A stretch of 64,000 bases of DNA from Candidatus Danuiimicrobium aquiferis (GTDB lineage Bacteria; Omnitrophota; Omnitrophia; Omnitrophales; Danuiimicrobiaceae). Made by a program: the position numbers and the translations under genes. Numbering within the stretch: the first letter of the stretch is position 1; every line of letters starts with the position of its first letter. The stretch covers positions 15,857 through 79,856 of the forward strand of contig MHFR01000053.1 in the NCBI GenBank assembly GCA_001804285.1. The letters are read 5' to 3'. The notes below the pieces were generated by a model. The model had not been told where the DNA came from and ran no database searches. It saw only the letters and a program-made list of their open reading frames with translations. This document shows, in pieces, positions 11,001-26,000 of the stretch.

Positions 11001-14000
11001 CTTTCAGCGTCAGGGAATCGACCCCGCTATAAAGCTTGAACCAGTCAACCTTATACCGGTCTTCCGGATGCTCCAGATAATGCTTGAAAAATTCCATTCT
11101 TAGTTTTGACAAATCATCCCCAAACCACGACCGGTCTCCTCTAAACACGGCGTTAGAGGTCGGCCCCTTTTCCGAAAAGCTGAAGAACGAAATCAAAAGC
11201 AGTTGAGCACTCATTGATAATTCTGCGTCATCAGACCAGATGCTTTGATAGACCAAATCCGCGAAATGCGCCCCTTCTTCAAATACAAAAGCGGGGATAT
11301 TGTCTTTTGTCGCTTCCCGGGAGAACATTTTTTGTTGCAGCAACGAAACCGTTTGTCCGAGCTCTACCGTGTAGAACGACAGCAATCCCTCGCCCACCGT
11401 ACGAATGACGTTGTTCAGCGTTGCATCCGATTGTGCAAAAAAATCATCGGCGCGAATGATCGCGTCTGCTTCTTTCAACCGCGCCGGTAAAGAAGAGCTC
11501 CGGGTATCCGGCACGAGCGCCGCGACAAAATGTTCGTATTGCGGATGGCGAGTCCCGACCGTCTCGGCAAATCTAATTTTCGGATCGCCGGCTGTCCGCC
11601 GGATCGCTAACATACACAAAAACTTCAGATAAACCTGCACATTCTCTTTGACGTACATCTCATCAAAATATTTTCTGATTTTTTGGAACGCTTTATCTCC
11701 GAAGTTTTTGTTGATGGCGGCAACAAACGGGACTGAAATTTTATAATTGATGTTTCCGGCATGCCGGTCCACCAGATGCACATGAAACAACACTAAATAT
11801 TCGAGTAACGGATTCGGCGCGCGGGAAATATATTCGATGATCGCGTCCGCGGCATCACGCGGCCCCAGGTCCGACCTGATAAACGCACGGGCTCTTTCCA
11901 CCGAAGCGTCAATATCTCCAAAGAATTCGGAACGGTCCGCTGTGGCCCCGCGATAAATCGTCGCCATGATACTGCGTTCGGCGAGCAAATGTTCCGGGAC
12001 CGGTTTTCCTTGTTGGTCCGCAATTAAAAATTCATTCACTTCCGCGTTTAAATCTAAAATTCCGTTTCCGCTTTTCCCCAGATCTCCGAATTCATTAATG
12101 ATATATTGAACGACGGCCGGCTTTTCGCGCGGGCCCTCGGCTGCTTCCGGTATCCCGGAAGAAGTCATGCTTTCGGCAGGAATGTGGAGCCGTAATCCCC
12201 TGGGATCCTGAATCACCGCTCCGCCTTTTCGTCTTGTTTCCGCTTCAAGTTCATCACGCGGGTCCTGCATGAATGAACCCGGCCCCATTTCAAAGACTTT
12301 CACATCCCGCGGGAAACCCCACCGATCCGCCAAAGCAGGATCGATTTTTCCGATCACGCGTCCGCCTTGACCCATATTGGGACCGTCAGCCGGTGTCTCC
12401 GATACCGGTTCTGGCCCTAAAGGACCGCTTTGCGGGAGAACCGGAGTTGTTTCCCCGCTCGACGCAGCAACAGTTCTTGTATACTGATCATAATTTGCAA
12501 CAGCCAACTCGTTAATAGCGCGAGCAACTGCCTCGATTTCCTCGACAAAAACTTCAAGTTGAACGTGCAACGCCGGATCAACATTCGGATTATCGGCCCG
12601 CGCAGAACCAACGCTTAGCTGCAAGGATTCCCACTCGGAAAGCGAAAGAAATCTCCCCTTTCTGATCTTTGCATATAACGATTCCTGGCCTAATGCTTTA
12701 AAAAGAGGGCCGACAGAACGCCGTCTTACCACTTCAAAGAAAGCAAGGCCACGAGAAAACTTTTGCAAACTTTGTTCAAGAAATTGCGGCTGTCCTCTCA
12801 CCATCGTCTCGGCAAACAGAATTCGTTCTCTCCCGCTATTGAGCGCCTGATTTAACTTATTCCTTCCGCTTTCGGTATTTTGACCGATATTTTTGAAATA
12901 TTGTGCATGGGTAACCGGCGACAAATCATTGAGCGCAACTAAAAACTGGTGATATTCTCTTTGCGAAAGATTCCGGTTTTCATATAGTCGTGTTTTCTTA
13001 AAAATCCCGAGATTCGTCAGCGCGGTATTCACCGCATCGTTCATGATAAAGAAACCGCGGCTCAACTCAACTCCTAAAGCAGGATCTAAATGGCCGGAGG
13101 GTTGAAATGGTGATAAATCAATTTTCGGAAGAATATGACTTACTGCAGCCGGTAAGGTTGTTTCGGGTGTCATTGCGAGGCGAGAATCTGCTGGTTGCCG
13201 CGGCAATCCCTGCTCTAAGATTGCTTCGTTCGCCTCCGGCGAACTCGCAATGACGGGCGTGGCCGGTGCTTCAGGCTCAGCTTCTTCGGCTTCTATAATA
13301 GTCTCTGCTCCCGATGCGGCAACTGAAGGAGCTATCGGTTCAGCTATGGATTCTGGGAGGACTGGCACATCAACGCCGGACCTTGGCGCTTGGGCAACCC
13401 GTCTTCGCATGGCCAAAGTTCTTGTTTCTTCTTCAGGATAAATTTCGCGGGGCAATATTTCTTTCAATAGAAGCAACGACTCCTCGATCAACCCGCGAAT
13501 TTCGTCAAATATTTTTTCATGCTCGGGCAAATTCGCCCTAATCCATTCGCCGTCAGGAATCGCACCACGAAGCCCGACCAACCTTTTCACCAACCGGACA
13601 TATTGCTCGTTGATGTATCTGGCTTTCGTCTGTTTTGTGTGTTCCGCAACACGGTTTTTTGTACTCCGGACAAAATCCCGCACCGTTTCCGGCTGGGTTC
13701 GAAGAAACCCGTGCAATTCCTGCGTGGTCAATTTGGATTTGACGGTCTTTCTGGTTACGATTGATTCGGCGTGAATTTTTTCCCCGAGCTTTTTTCTCCA
13801 CTCGTCTAATGCGGGAACCGTCAATTCATTGATCCGCAGCCTTTCAAATTGGCCTACCAATTCTTTTCTGCTCCAGGATGAAACCACAGCGTCCTCCGGT
13901 AACACTTCCGCTAAAAATTGATTGATCTCGACGAACCGGTAATCTTTCCCTTTCACGTATCCCGGCAAACTGAAATCTTCCAGCTCCTCGCCATTCAAAA

Positions 14001-17000
14001 CAATCAGCGTGACCGGTTGTGCGGGATCGAAAAGGTCGGGATGTAATTCTTTGAGCAATGTATATTTAATAATGGCTTGCCCGATATCCGCAATGTCCGA
14101 ACCCAGCTTTGCGTCATAAATTCCCCGGTTCCATATATAGTCGGGAGCGCGATATTCCGACAAAAGCGGGTCGGACGCCACAAATCCGTCATAATCAAAG
14201 CGGCCCTGGCTCACGTGATGAAAAACAAGCGCAACCAATCGTTCGAACACATCTCCCTTCAGCTGCGCGTAATCCTTGGGTTTCCGCTCCGCCGTGCTTG
14301 CGGTTCGCTTCGCCGGCGTGTCTTTCTCCGTTGTGGTCGACGCAATCGCCATACTCCACTCTTCGGGTTGTTCCGAAAGCTTACCCATTTTGCGAATGAC
14401 GATCGCTCCGACAGAATCCGCATTCTTTTTCACTTCCGAAACAGATAGGTTCTGGGCCACGGCCGGCGAATCTTCGCCGAGCAGCGCGGAACCATTTCGC
14501 GGGACATAGATCTGTAAACCAAAACTATTCGTATCGGCATCGTAAAACGGAACAAGGTAATATTCGAGATGCCTGTATTTTGCTAAACCCGAAAACCGGA
14601 CAGGAGAAATAGATTCTTCCTCACCTCTTTGAATTTTCAACACATAAGCCACATCCTCCAACCCTCGCTGATTGACGGTCACGGCCATTTCCGGCTGCGC
14701 AGAACGGATTCCCGCTAACCATTCTTTATACTCTTGGGGCAAATAGCCTTGAGACATGTCTAATGCATAAGTTTTCTTGACCGGTTTCGGCCGTGCGGCT
14801 GGCTTCGCGCTCTTTTCAATAATACCCTTCCCCCATTCGGCCATCAGCCGCGGAAGTCCCATCCCGAGGTGTTCGGCTATAAATTGAAGCGTCTCCATCG
14901 CCCCTGTAAACATACTACGTAATTCATCGGTGCTCGGTTCGTTTGCTAAGGGTTCGGGTTCAAGCCGGACTTCTTCCAAAACCGCTTCTTCGGGCGCCGA
15001 GACAACCAGCCCCAGCCCTTGCTCCAAAAATTCGCGCGTTGCCGCTTCCGTTTGAACCGGATAAGTGCCGAGGAATTTTCCGCCGGAAATTAAATTTGTT
15101 TTGTCGGGAGTTCTTCGAATAGCTTGTGCAATGGATTGCAATTTTTCATGATCTTTCAGCGTTGTCTCATTCTTTTTTTCGCTGACCGACAGGATATAAA
15201 TATGTTTGCTGCCGGGCGAAACATAATACACAACGCGAAGGAATCCCTTCGTTCCGCTCCCCAATGGAAAATCTCGAAGTGGATTTAAGTCCGCAAACTT
15301 CGGCGTCTCGCTGCTTCGTCCTTCGAGCAATGTCACCAATTTGGCCCGAATGTCAGGCCCGTAGGCTTGTGCCCGCGCCGTTAATTCGCGAAACGCCTGG
15401 TCCGTCAGAACAAGGCTCCGGTCCGTTTCAATCCTCACCCGGAGCGGGGAAATTTCAAGAAGCTTGATGTGTCCCTTCCGCAATTGACCGTTTGCGCGTA
15501 AATGTTCCAATCCCGGAGGTAAGTCGTCAAAATGGCGCGTACGGATTTCGAACCGGTCATTTCTGAAATCGTTTTCCAAAGGCCCGGCTGCCCGTTCGAA
15601 AGCCGCCGTTAAACTGTGCTCCGTCAATTCAGGACTTACCTGGATCACCCGGACATTCCGGTTGTGCCTTAAAAGTAAACGCATGGCCGATGAAATATTT
15701 TCCGGCAAATTTTGCCAGGCACCGGTTCCGACGCTATATTTTGTACTCGTCAAATAAACGGTTTGACTACCCTGATTTTTTTCCCGGATAAAATGAACCA
15801 GCGGTACCGTGGCAGTACGGGCTTCGGACCTGAATTGAGTTCCGAGTTCCGAGTTTAAAGTTCCGAGTTTACCGAAAAAGGGGACAGGCATATGACTCAA
15901 GTTGAGCGATTGCCTGTCCCCTTTTTGTTTGCTGTCATTCCCGCGGAAGCGGGAATCCAGCTGGATCCCCGTTTGCACGGGGATGACACCCTTGTTAGCT
16001 TTAAAGTTGCGAACTTCCGCCCGACCGGCACCCCCCAAACGTTGGGCACGATCAAACACACCCACGTTATGTTTTGCCCATCGCCTGATTTCAGGATCCG
16101 TCGAATTTAAAAACGTTTCCGAGTCCCAAATATTAATCAAAATGTCCTGCGCACGCGAAATCCCGACATTCCGGCGTTTCTTCCCGTCCACCGGGTCCGC
16201 CAGAAATCCGACCGATCCGCCCTTGTTTGAACGGACCCACGATAAAATGACTGCTTTGTATTCCGATCCGATCGACGAATCAACGGTGATCACTTTAAAA
16301 GCGCCGCTTGACACATCCGCCGAAGGAACAAATGAATTCCCAAGGTCAAGATCACGGAGAAATTGCGTAGCCATTTCCTTGGTCGGCTGTGCGATAAAGC
16401 GCCGGACATCCGCATCAAATAATTTCATTTCTTCCTGAATTATTTTTTCCCGCTCGGGATAAGCTTTTTGACGAAAAGTCGGATCTTCACGGCTGAACTC
16501 CTGGAAAAGATTTTCATGCATCCGGAAACGGACAAATTCTGATTGGAATATCAAATTCAACGCAGCGGCAGATTCTGCGGAAATCGCCGGCGGTCCTTGC
16601 GCAGAAATAACAGATGAAAACGCTTCATGAATTTTCGAAAAATGAAGCAACGCATCCGAAATCATGTCAACCTGCCTCTGATAAGGCGAAATGACGGCAA
16701 TGTCCTTCGCCGCGACACCCTGTCGATTGATAAGCCGGTTCACCCAGCTCACAGCTAAGTTAATTTCGCCGCGGTTAAAGCGGCCCATTTCATCCACTTG
16801 CCCGGTCTTCTCTTCCCGGTAAATTCCTCTTGTATCTTCTTCAATGACGGTACCGTCGACATCACGCCCGGCAATTAATTTCCCATGATAAAAATAATTA
16901 ATGAGATCCACGATCAAACGGCCGGACCGGCGTTGAATATCGAAAAAATAAAAGGGCGGCTGCGTCACGCGAAAAACTTCCGCATCCCGGGTGAAAAATA

Positions 17001-20000
17001 TATTAATCATGTTCTCAAGCAGAGAAATTTTAAATCGCCCCAATTTTGCGGGATCGAAGATTTTCGAAAGCTGCCGTGTCCCAAACGGGGTTTGAATGTC
17101 CCGTATCTTCCAGATCAGAAACTCGTTCATGGCAAATTTAATGTCGTCGTCCCCCAATCCATAGGCCGGCAATTGTTCGTGATCTCCGACAATCAGTACT
17201 TTTTGCCGACCGCTGGACGACCCCTTAAATTTATAAACGGGGAGGAGCGTTTCAGGAACCGTTCCGCGGCTCGCCTCATCAATAATAATCACATCGGCAT
17301 TCCATAACTGGGGCCTCTTTTGAAGGTCCGAGTCAAGCGGCATTCCGTTTGTCGTTCCCAAAGTCAATGTCCCTTTTCCGGCCGCGCGCAAACGAACTAA
17401 TGAATCCAATTTCTCTTCTTTCACATTCCACAAAAGCTCCAACACTTTCTGGTCAATCGGCTCTTCGTTATTTCCAACGCGGGCAATCGGTCCTTGCCCG
17501 TCTTTAAGAAGTTCCCGGTCCATCAATTTGAGTGCCACATTGTCAACGCCGGGATTGGTTTGTGACAAAATCAGCACTTTCCGTCCCAATTTTAAAAATA
17601 ATTCCGCAAGCCAAACAATCGCTGTTGTTTTTCCGGTTCCGGGGGGCCCTTGATATAACGCGATCGGAACGGAACTCATCAGACCTTCGATAACACCCGC
17701 CTGTTGAGCTTTATCAAGCTGCTGTTTTTCGGCTTGTTCCTTGGCTTCAACCGTCGTTTCAATTAATGCGTGTTCATCGCTCACCCGCCCGTTTTGTGCA
17801 GGATCCGAAATAAACAAAGAAAGTCCCAGCAACAAATCAAACCGGGGATCTCCCGTCGTTGCTTTGGAAACTTTTTCGGAAATACCACTCGCTCCCAATT
17901 TTTTTAAATCAATAGCGATATGTCCGTGTGCTGTCCGCCCGAGATTTGAAACTACATCATCCAGCATATCTTTTTGATTCACCCACGATGAATTCTTGAT
18001 CCGGATGAGAGCTCCTCCCTGCTTCAATGCATCTTCAAGCTCGGATTTGATATAATCGTAACCTGCGGACACCTTCGGCAGTTCAAATTCCAGAGAATCG
18101 GTCCCGGTCTGCTTCACGCGGAAAAAGGGCTGTAACGCCTCGGTTTTCCCTTTCGGCTTAATCCGGAATGTATCGCCCCGCCAAACAAATCCTTTCAATT
18201 GTTCTGCCGGAATACCATGCGCAATAAACCCATTATGCGTAAACTCGATGGTTTGGAATGTAAATTCAATCGCGGCAGACGGTGGGAGCCCTTTGGCTCG
18301 TCTCTCCCGTTCATCGCGTTTGTTTTCCGCTTCGACCATGGCCCCAATCATAAAATCATCGTCAATCAATTGCGGCATCCAGTAATTCGCCATGGCGTGT
18401 GAAATCACAATCCTTGCGAGTTCCAAATAATTCTCGGACGCCGGATAATCCGCATTCAACTCAAACACGAGCCGGCTCCATTGAAAGGCTTTTGTATAAA
18501 GCCCGTCATTCAAGGACCTCAACGCTTCCTCTAAAATGCTTTGATACGCTTGGTCCCGATGCTCGGGAAATGTAGCAAGTTTCTGAACATTTTCAAAGAA
18601 AGAGGCAATCGGTCCGTCTTTTTTAATTTGTTCTTGATATTGACGGACCAGGCTTCTCGATTTTTCGATTTGTTCAAATAAATTTTCGACATCCGTCCGG
18701 TTCCGCGCAAATGGCCAAGATGTCTCCGCGACGGCAACAGCCGCCTGAAGCTTACGTTCCGCTTCTAAATACCGGCTTTCGTCCATCAATCCCGAAACCT
18801 CGTCAAGGCGGCTCGCAAATGCTTCAAACGCTCTCACCAATCCTTTAATGACGACGTCTCCCGCCGGTCCGGCCTGAAGTTCTGTTAAAATCCCGATTCC
18901 CTCCGGTCCTTTTCCCTGCTGAACCAAGGTTCGCGCTTGTTGAATTTTTTCGATATTCGAACGGATTCGCGCGGCTTCGGGATTCTCCGGATTTACACCC
19001 ATCAACTCATCAATCGTTTTAAGCGCTTCTTCAAAATTCAAATGTTTATATTGATCGCGCATTTGTTGAAGAAGACCCTTCGCCTTCGCAACCCGTTCGG
19101 AAAGTTGAGCGATCGCTGTTTGAACCTCTGGCTCCGTCGCCCGAGGATTGATCTGACCCAATAACCGGCCGGCGTCATCATAACGGCCCTGATCGTAAAA
19201 ATCGCGCGCGATTCGAACCAGATCCGGGCCGCTCAGATCATGCATCCATTTTTTCAAAATCGCTTCCACCTTTTGCCGGATCGCCGAAGCCATCTCCGGC
19301 CGCCTTGATACACCGTCCAAAAATAAATAATCTCCGGAATTGGGCGTAACAGCAGCTTCGTATTCGGCCAATATTTTACTTTCCCGCGAAACGGATTGTT
19401 GCCCCGGCTGTTCGGTCAGTGTTTCGATATGCGATCGAATCATGGTTCTCAAAAACTGCGGATTGATTATTTTGATGTACCACAGAATTTGCTCGATTTC
19501 CCACTCTGCGAGCGGCTCATCCGGCGCAGACAACAATAAACTCGCCCATAAATTGAGAATACGCTGAATCTGCTCCGCGGGAAGCATTAAAACAAAACTG
19601 GCAACCGATGACCTCATCGTCTCCGGATGGTCGGATGAATCAAAATACCGCTTTAATTTTTTCCTTATTTCACTCACGGGAAGCAAGGTTTCGCGAATTG
19701 TCCGGAGCGCGTCTTCTTTCCGCTGATTTAAATCATACGCAACGGCAAGCATGGGCGAAATATATATACTGCGATAATAGTCCGCCGGATATTCCTGCTG
19801 CGTGGCGACCAGAACCGATTCGAGCGCCTTGTCATTTTCCCCCTGCACCAGATGGGAAAAACCTTTCGCCATTTGAAACGGGACTTGAGCGCCCCGGCTT
19901 TTTGATTCCTTAGTCAACCGTTCATATTGGGGGAATAATCGCTCCAGTGCCGCCTTCATTTTTTCAGCTTCGGACAACCATCCATTTGAGCGCGCAATAT

Positions 20001-23000
20001 GGTAAGCCATAATCAAAAATTCAACACTGCGGATATATTGCCCGGAAGAACCTTCTTTGATTTTTTCCGGTTTTTCCGCAATCGGAATCATTAATTTAAC
20101 GAATGTTCCAAATTCCTCCAAATCCCAAGCCAGCCCGGCCACTTGCATTAAATCCTGAGCATCGTTTTCAGAAAGAACAAAATCAAGAGAACGATTTAGA
20201 AATTCCGTTAACGCGCGTCTCCCCTCCTCATCCGACTGGAGCTTTGCATAGAACAACCCAAGCGAAATATAAGGCAGTGAATCTATCAAATCCCGGAAAG
20301 GCACTTTATTTTTTGCAGGCAGCCAATCTGGTTTTTTTTCTACAAGTTCTTTGACCCGGCTAAACCAATGATCCAAATATTGAGCGCTCTCCTTTGTTTT
20401 TCCCGTCATCATCGCACCCATGGAAGCCATCGCCGTCATTTGAAAGAAAGAATCATTTTTCAAAAAAACTTTTCGCGCTGAACTTACATCTTCTGTTTTT
20501 CCGCTCCCTGTTGCTTTTTTAACTAATTCGGCTGCTTTCCTCTGGTATTCCTGATGCAATCCTTCCACCGATTGCCAATCGCCCGCATCAGTAAAAACCT
20601 TGGTTAATTTCATCAATAGTTGCAGACTTTGTGCATCCGCAGAAAATATTTTAATTTTTTTAAGCAATGTTCCCCGTTCAGCTGCAATAAATTCTCTGAG
20701 TCCCTCGACCATCCGAACCTGCAACCAATTGAGCCGTCCGGATATTTCGAGAAAAGAGTCCAAAGCAACCACCCCCATTAAATAGAAAACCGGATGCATA
20801 TGAGTTGCCCCCATCATCTCGCTCATCTTCTGTTCCAGGCTGCTAATTTGTGAAAAAAACACTTTGGCGTCATAATCCGCCCGAATAAATTCTCCGGTGA
20901 GCCACTCCGTAAACTTAATTTGCCGGCGCTCGTGAAGCCTCATCGTTGAGATGGGCCCGGCAATAATTGAATCGTGGTACATGTCGTCATAGCTGACTGT
21001 CCTGGACGCAATTTCTTTGGCTTTCGCCTGAAGCCGCGCATACGTAACTTTGTTTTTTGCGACTCCCATCATTCGGTGAATCCGCCTCAAAGCACTCAAC
21101 CTGTTTTCGTCTTCTTCACCCGCTAAAAGAAATTCCAATTTTTCCCAGTCTTCCTCGCTCATGGTTTTTTGATTCAAGACCTCCCATGTCTGATTCATCA
21201 AATCACTCATTTCAATGTCTGTATACCGGTTAGCAAATTTATACAAGGCGAGGAATACAGATTTTTCTTTCGGCCATTCGTTCAACTTCCCCAAAATGGC
21301 TGACACCAAATCAGAAATCTCATCGCCGTGCCCGGACCGGTTGAGTAACGCAAGTTGATTCAAATGAACCTGCTGATCAATCTCCGGAAGCCGCAGCAAG
21401 ACTTCCAAAAACAATTTAAATATCTGATGCGCCTGTTCGTGACTCCCTGTAAGTTGATATAGACGCGCCAAATCAAACAGGACATACATCAGGAAAATAT
21501 TTTCTTTGGTGTTTCGATATTTTTCTGCAAGTGCGCTTAAAATATTGATCGCTTTCTGATACTCTTTCTGATACAGGGAAAGAGACGCGAAGAAATAAAA
21601 CCGCCAATCCAACGGGTCTGTGTCGCCCAAATCGTCCGTCAGCATTCGGAAAGCCAAAACATCTTCACGAACAATATCCGTTGCCTTGGCAAAAAATGAA
21701 ACCGCGCTTTGGTCCGCCGTATCCTCGTTTAGCAGCTTTGTCGCCAACATCCGCAAAGCCGCAAAATGAATCGTTTTGACGATCGGAAGACTATTTTTTT
21801 CTCCCACTAGCGGAGTCGTGATCTCAATCGTTTTGACCAACTCTTCATCACCGGCCAGCAATAAAAATACTGCCTTCTCAGATAGCAATCTTTCCTGAAT
21901 TAATTTTTTAGATTCCTTATCTTTTCGAAAAAATGATGACCGCTCCACTAAAACCAGGGCTTGATCAAGCCATTTTATTGTTTGGGTGATTTCATCGCTT
22001 TGAAGCGGCAGATTAAATTTTCGCAAGACTTCCGCAAAATCAAGGGTGGCAAAAGCGCGCCGCTCTTCCAGGAAGTCAGGCTCTCCAAGCAACATTTCAA
22101 GTTCCACCCGCATTTTATCGTACCGTTTAAGGTCCCTGAAAATATCCACCAGCAGCAAACGCCGGCCGATCAACAATTGAGGCTGATTCTGAAATACAAT
22201 CAAGGTTTCATACGTCATATGAATGAGCTCTTCATAATTTCCCTGAATCCTTAAAATAGCCTCGGCCATATAGTAATAAAGAGGCAGTTCCCTGCTGATA
22301 ATATTTTCCTGCGAAGAGAGTCTCACTCTAGGGTCATGCATCTTTCCAAGTGCAAGACGGGCCGGTTTTATTCGCTTTTTCAATTCATCGAGAATCAGAT
22401 TGAACTTGGGCTCAACATCGGCGAAATGAATATCGGGCTGATCGAGTCTGAACTGATGAGCCAGTTTAAGCCGCTTTAAGTCTTCTACAAGTTTCTGAAT
22501 CAAAGCGTCACTGGGGATTTTATCTTGTTGATATTTTTGCAAGGCCACCAAAAAAGAACCCGCGTCCACTGGTTCGGATGCGCGGGCTTCGGACCTCAAT
22601 TGAGTTTCGAGTTTACCGAAAAAGGGGACAGGCAATCGCTCAACTTGAGTCATATGCCTGTCCCCTTTTTGTTTGTCATTCCCGCGGAAGCGGGAATCCA
22701 GCTGGATCCCCGTTTGCACGGGGATGACACCCTTGTTAGCTTTAAAATTGCGCATTTCCGATCTTCCCGGAGCTCCGAGATATTTAAAGATAGAAGAAAT
22801 TTGATCTTTGAGATGATTGACTCGCCCGTTTTCCACAGATCCCTCAAGTTCTGTTACCGCAACGATTACTTTTCGAAGACCGCTCTGCAACCGTTGATAA
22901 TAACGCTCACGGATTTCCGTAGAAAAATAAACGCGTTGAATTTCCGCAAGCCGTGAACGGAACGACTCCAATCCCAGGGGAAGAATTTGAACCAGTGGCG

Positions 23001-26000
23001 TTGTTTTCAAATAATCTCTCAACCCGCCAAGCGCTTGGCGGACAAGCTCATCCCGGTATAACGTATAAATGTTGACCCGGTCTTGTTCAATTCTTGACCG
23101 GATTCTCAAAATCTCATCGATCCGGATTTCAATATACCGTTGCGCGGTTTCGATCGACGTTCTTGCGCCTTCCATATGTCCTTCGCTCAGCATCGTTAAC
23201 GATTGCTGTAAACTGTCCCCGGGTAGCGGGAGCACTTTCCCGCCGGCATCTCTATCGTGAACGGGAGTTTCCCGCCCTCCCAATCCTTTTTTGCCATCCA
23301 AAACTTTACGAATGTCTTGCCGGATCATTTCTGTGATAGTCGGTTCAACTCGTCCTCGTTGAAGAAATGCGGCATACCTTTTCATATTTTCAAGTGCTTC
23401 ACCCAAAATCTGGTGTTGTCCGAAAAACATCCCGAAATCTTCATGGTAATCCCGTAAAATATCATTCCGGCTCCGCAACGCTTCTTCCAAATTATCATAA
23501 TGAATGCCGGTTAAAACGCTTTCGCGTGACGTTCCGCCTCCGGCGACCGGTACATTTTTCCAAACATGCTGCCAAATAATAATTTTGCCGTCCGGAAGGA
23601 TTTCGATCCGTTCAACTGTTTTTTCCCTCGGCGAAAAATTTTTGTTCCGCCATTTGTATTCATAAGAAATGTCTTCGTAGGTTTTGATGATCTGATCGAA
23701 AAGATCGATAATTGAAGCCTGCTTCGGAATCGGAACCAATAATTTTTTTCGAAGCAACAATAATTGTGCTTTTAATTTCCGTTTCAGCCATCGGACGTTT
23801 TTCTTGCTCAATCCGTCGATTTCCAAAAGATTACCGATTTCTTCGGGAAGTTTAAATTGAGAGTTGATATTTGCCAAGATCGGATCGAACTCCGCGATTT
23901 TTGCTTGCAAAGCAACCGCATCATCAACCAAATTGCCCAACTCCTTTAGCGGTTCTATTTCTTCCGGAATATCAGGAATGATCTGGCGGATATTGATGTC
24001 TAATTCGGAAATAATTTCCGCCATGTCGGCAGCAAAGGCCCTTTGAAGTAACACCCGGCTCGATGAATCGGGATGATCTGCCCTTGCACTATTCCATTGG
24101 TGTAATAAGGCCAAAACTTTCCGCCGGCGCCTGTAAAATTTAATAATATTACCATCCGTCACTGCTTCCGCCGCCTTTGCTGATTTCACCGCGGCGCGGG
24201 CTTCAGCCCTCGATACATGTCTCTTGGAACGTATCGAGGACACTTGCGCGCTTTGACCAATGTCTGCTTTGGTACTATTTATATTGTTGCGCGCTTCGGA
24301 GCGCGTCCCCTGTGTCATTCCCACGGAAGTGGGAATCCAGCTGGATCCCCGCGTATCCGCCACTAAAGCGTTGGCGGATCCGACCGCATTGTTTGGCGGA
24401 CGCGGGGATGACAATCCTTGGGCTGTTCCATCGCCTCCGGTCGCTCGCAATAACGTGCCAATTCCGCGGACTTCGGATCGTTGTGCACCTTTCACCCGCT
24501 CGTGGAGACGGAGAAGCGTCTCGCGATTGAAAGAAATGACATCTTCAAGCCGTTCGCCAGCTAAAATTTTCTTTTCGATTTCTCCGCGGAAAGAATCTTC
24601 GATTCCGCCGAACTCATCGTCCGGCATGTGTTTGTAAATCACATCATAAATTACCATTTCAAGCTCGACGAGCTGCTTCACATATTGTTTCCGCATCCGG
24701 TTATTTTGAGTCTCATCCCTGCCAAACAAAATCGTCCGTCCATCTAATGCGTTTAACGTGTCGCGAACATTGCGCAATCGTTTTCGCAACCGTTGATAAC
24801 CCGGATCTTCAAACTGCGGCGGGAAACGGTTCCGCAACTGATCGATTTCTTTGACGGTTTCTGAAATCTTCGCGCCGTCAAGTAGCACCTGCACGGGTTT
24901 CCGGACCACATCCCGCACTTCCATCGTTTTCAGGGCGATGTATTTCGAAATCCTGATATTTTCATCCACATAATTTTCAATATGAAAACGGGCCCAGCGA
25001 ATCGCACGAGCGAGCACCTTGTCGTCCGTAAACAAAAACGCGAGCTCCGCCCCGACCATGTCATCAATCACGATCCTTCTCGAAGGTTTTTTGCCGCGAG
25101 ACGCCCATTCCAGCACATTCGCCAAATTGTCACGGATGTGTTTCCGGGCTTTCTGCCTTGCGTCCGTCACGCCCGGAATATCTTTGTCGAGTTGGCCTTT
25201 TTGAAGTTCTTTTAAACGGCCCAGGGCATCGTCCAAGTATCCCAACATATCGTAAGCCGCCATGTTCGCTTCCGCATAACTCCAAAGCGTGTGATCAAAT
25301 GCGCGCAAAAGATCAAAAACATTATGATACTCGGCCCCGATAAGATCAGCGGAAACGGTATCAATATCGGCTCTTCCATATTGATTAAAATTCGCTTCAA
25401 TATTTTCTTGCTCTTTTTCATCATCCGCTTTCGATAAAAGAAATTCCTCAATATCATCAAAAATAACGCCATGAAGTCCGTTCTCTTCGATGACCCCGCT
25501 TGTGAACACTTGAACGACAGCATCTACCGAAACCTCGCTGGCTTTGCCTTTGATTTTTCCGCCTTCCTCACGAATCCGCGAAACCACGAAATCCTTAAAT
25601 CCCGGCAATTCCCAATATGGCTGAATCAATTTCTCGACGGAATTTTTTAAATAAGCCCGCTGCCGCCGGTAACCGATCCGCTCGACCACCAGCACATCCC
25701 CTTTGAATAATTTCCGGATTTTCGCTTTCACATCCCCGCGAATTTCACCCGTCGCCGAATCAAGAAGTTCTGAACGGACCTCCTCCGTGCCGAGCACGCT
25801 GCGGAAGAACTCCTTACTTAAAAGATAATTCCCGATACTCCATCCCTTGATGTCTTCTTGTGTCATATAGCGAATGACTTCCCGCCGGCCGGCTTGCCTG
25901 ACGCGTTTCCACAAGAATTCGCGCTTGAGTGCGTTCATGTGATAACGTAGCTGGCGGAAACGTGAGAATAACACTCCGAGCTTCGGCGAATCCGCCGTCA

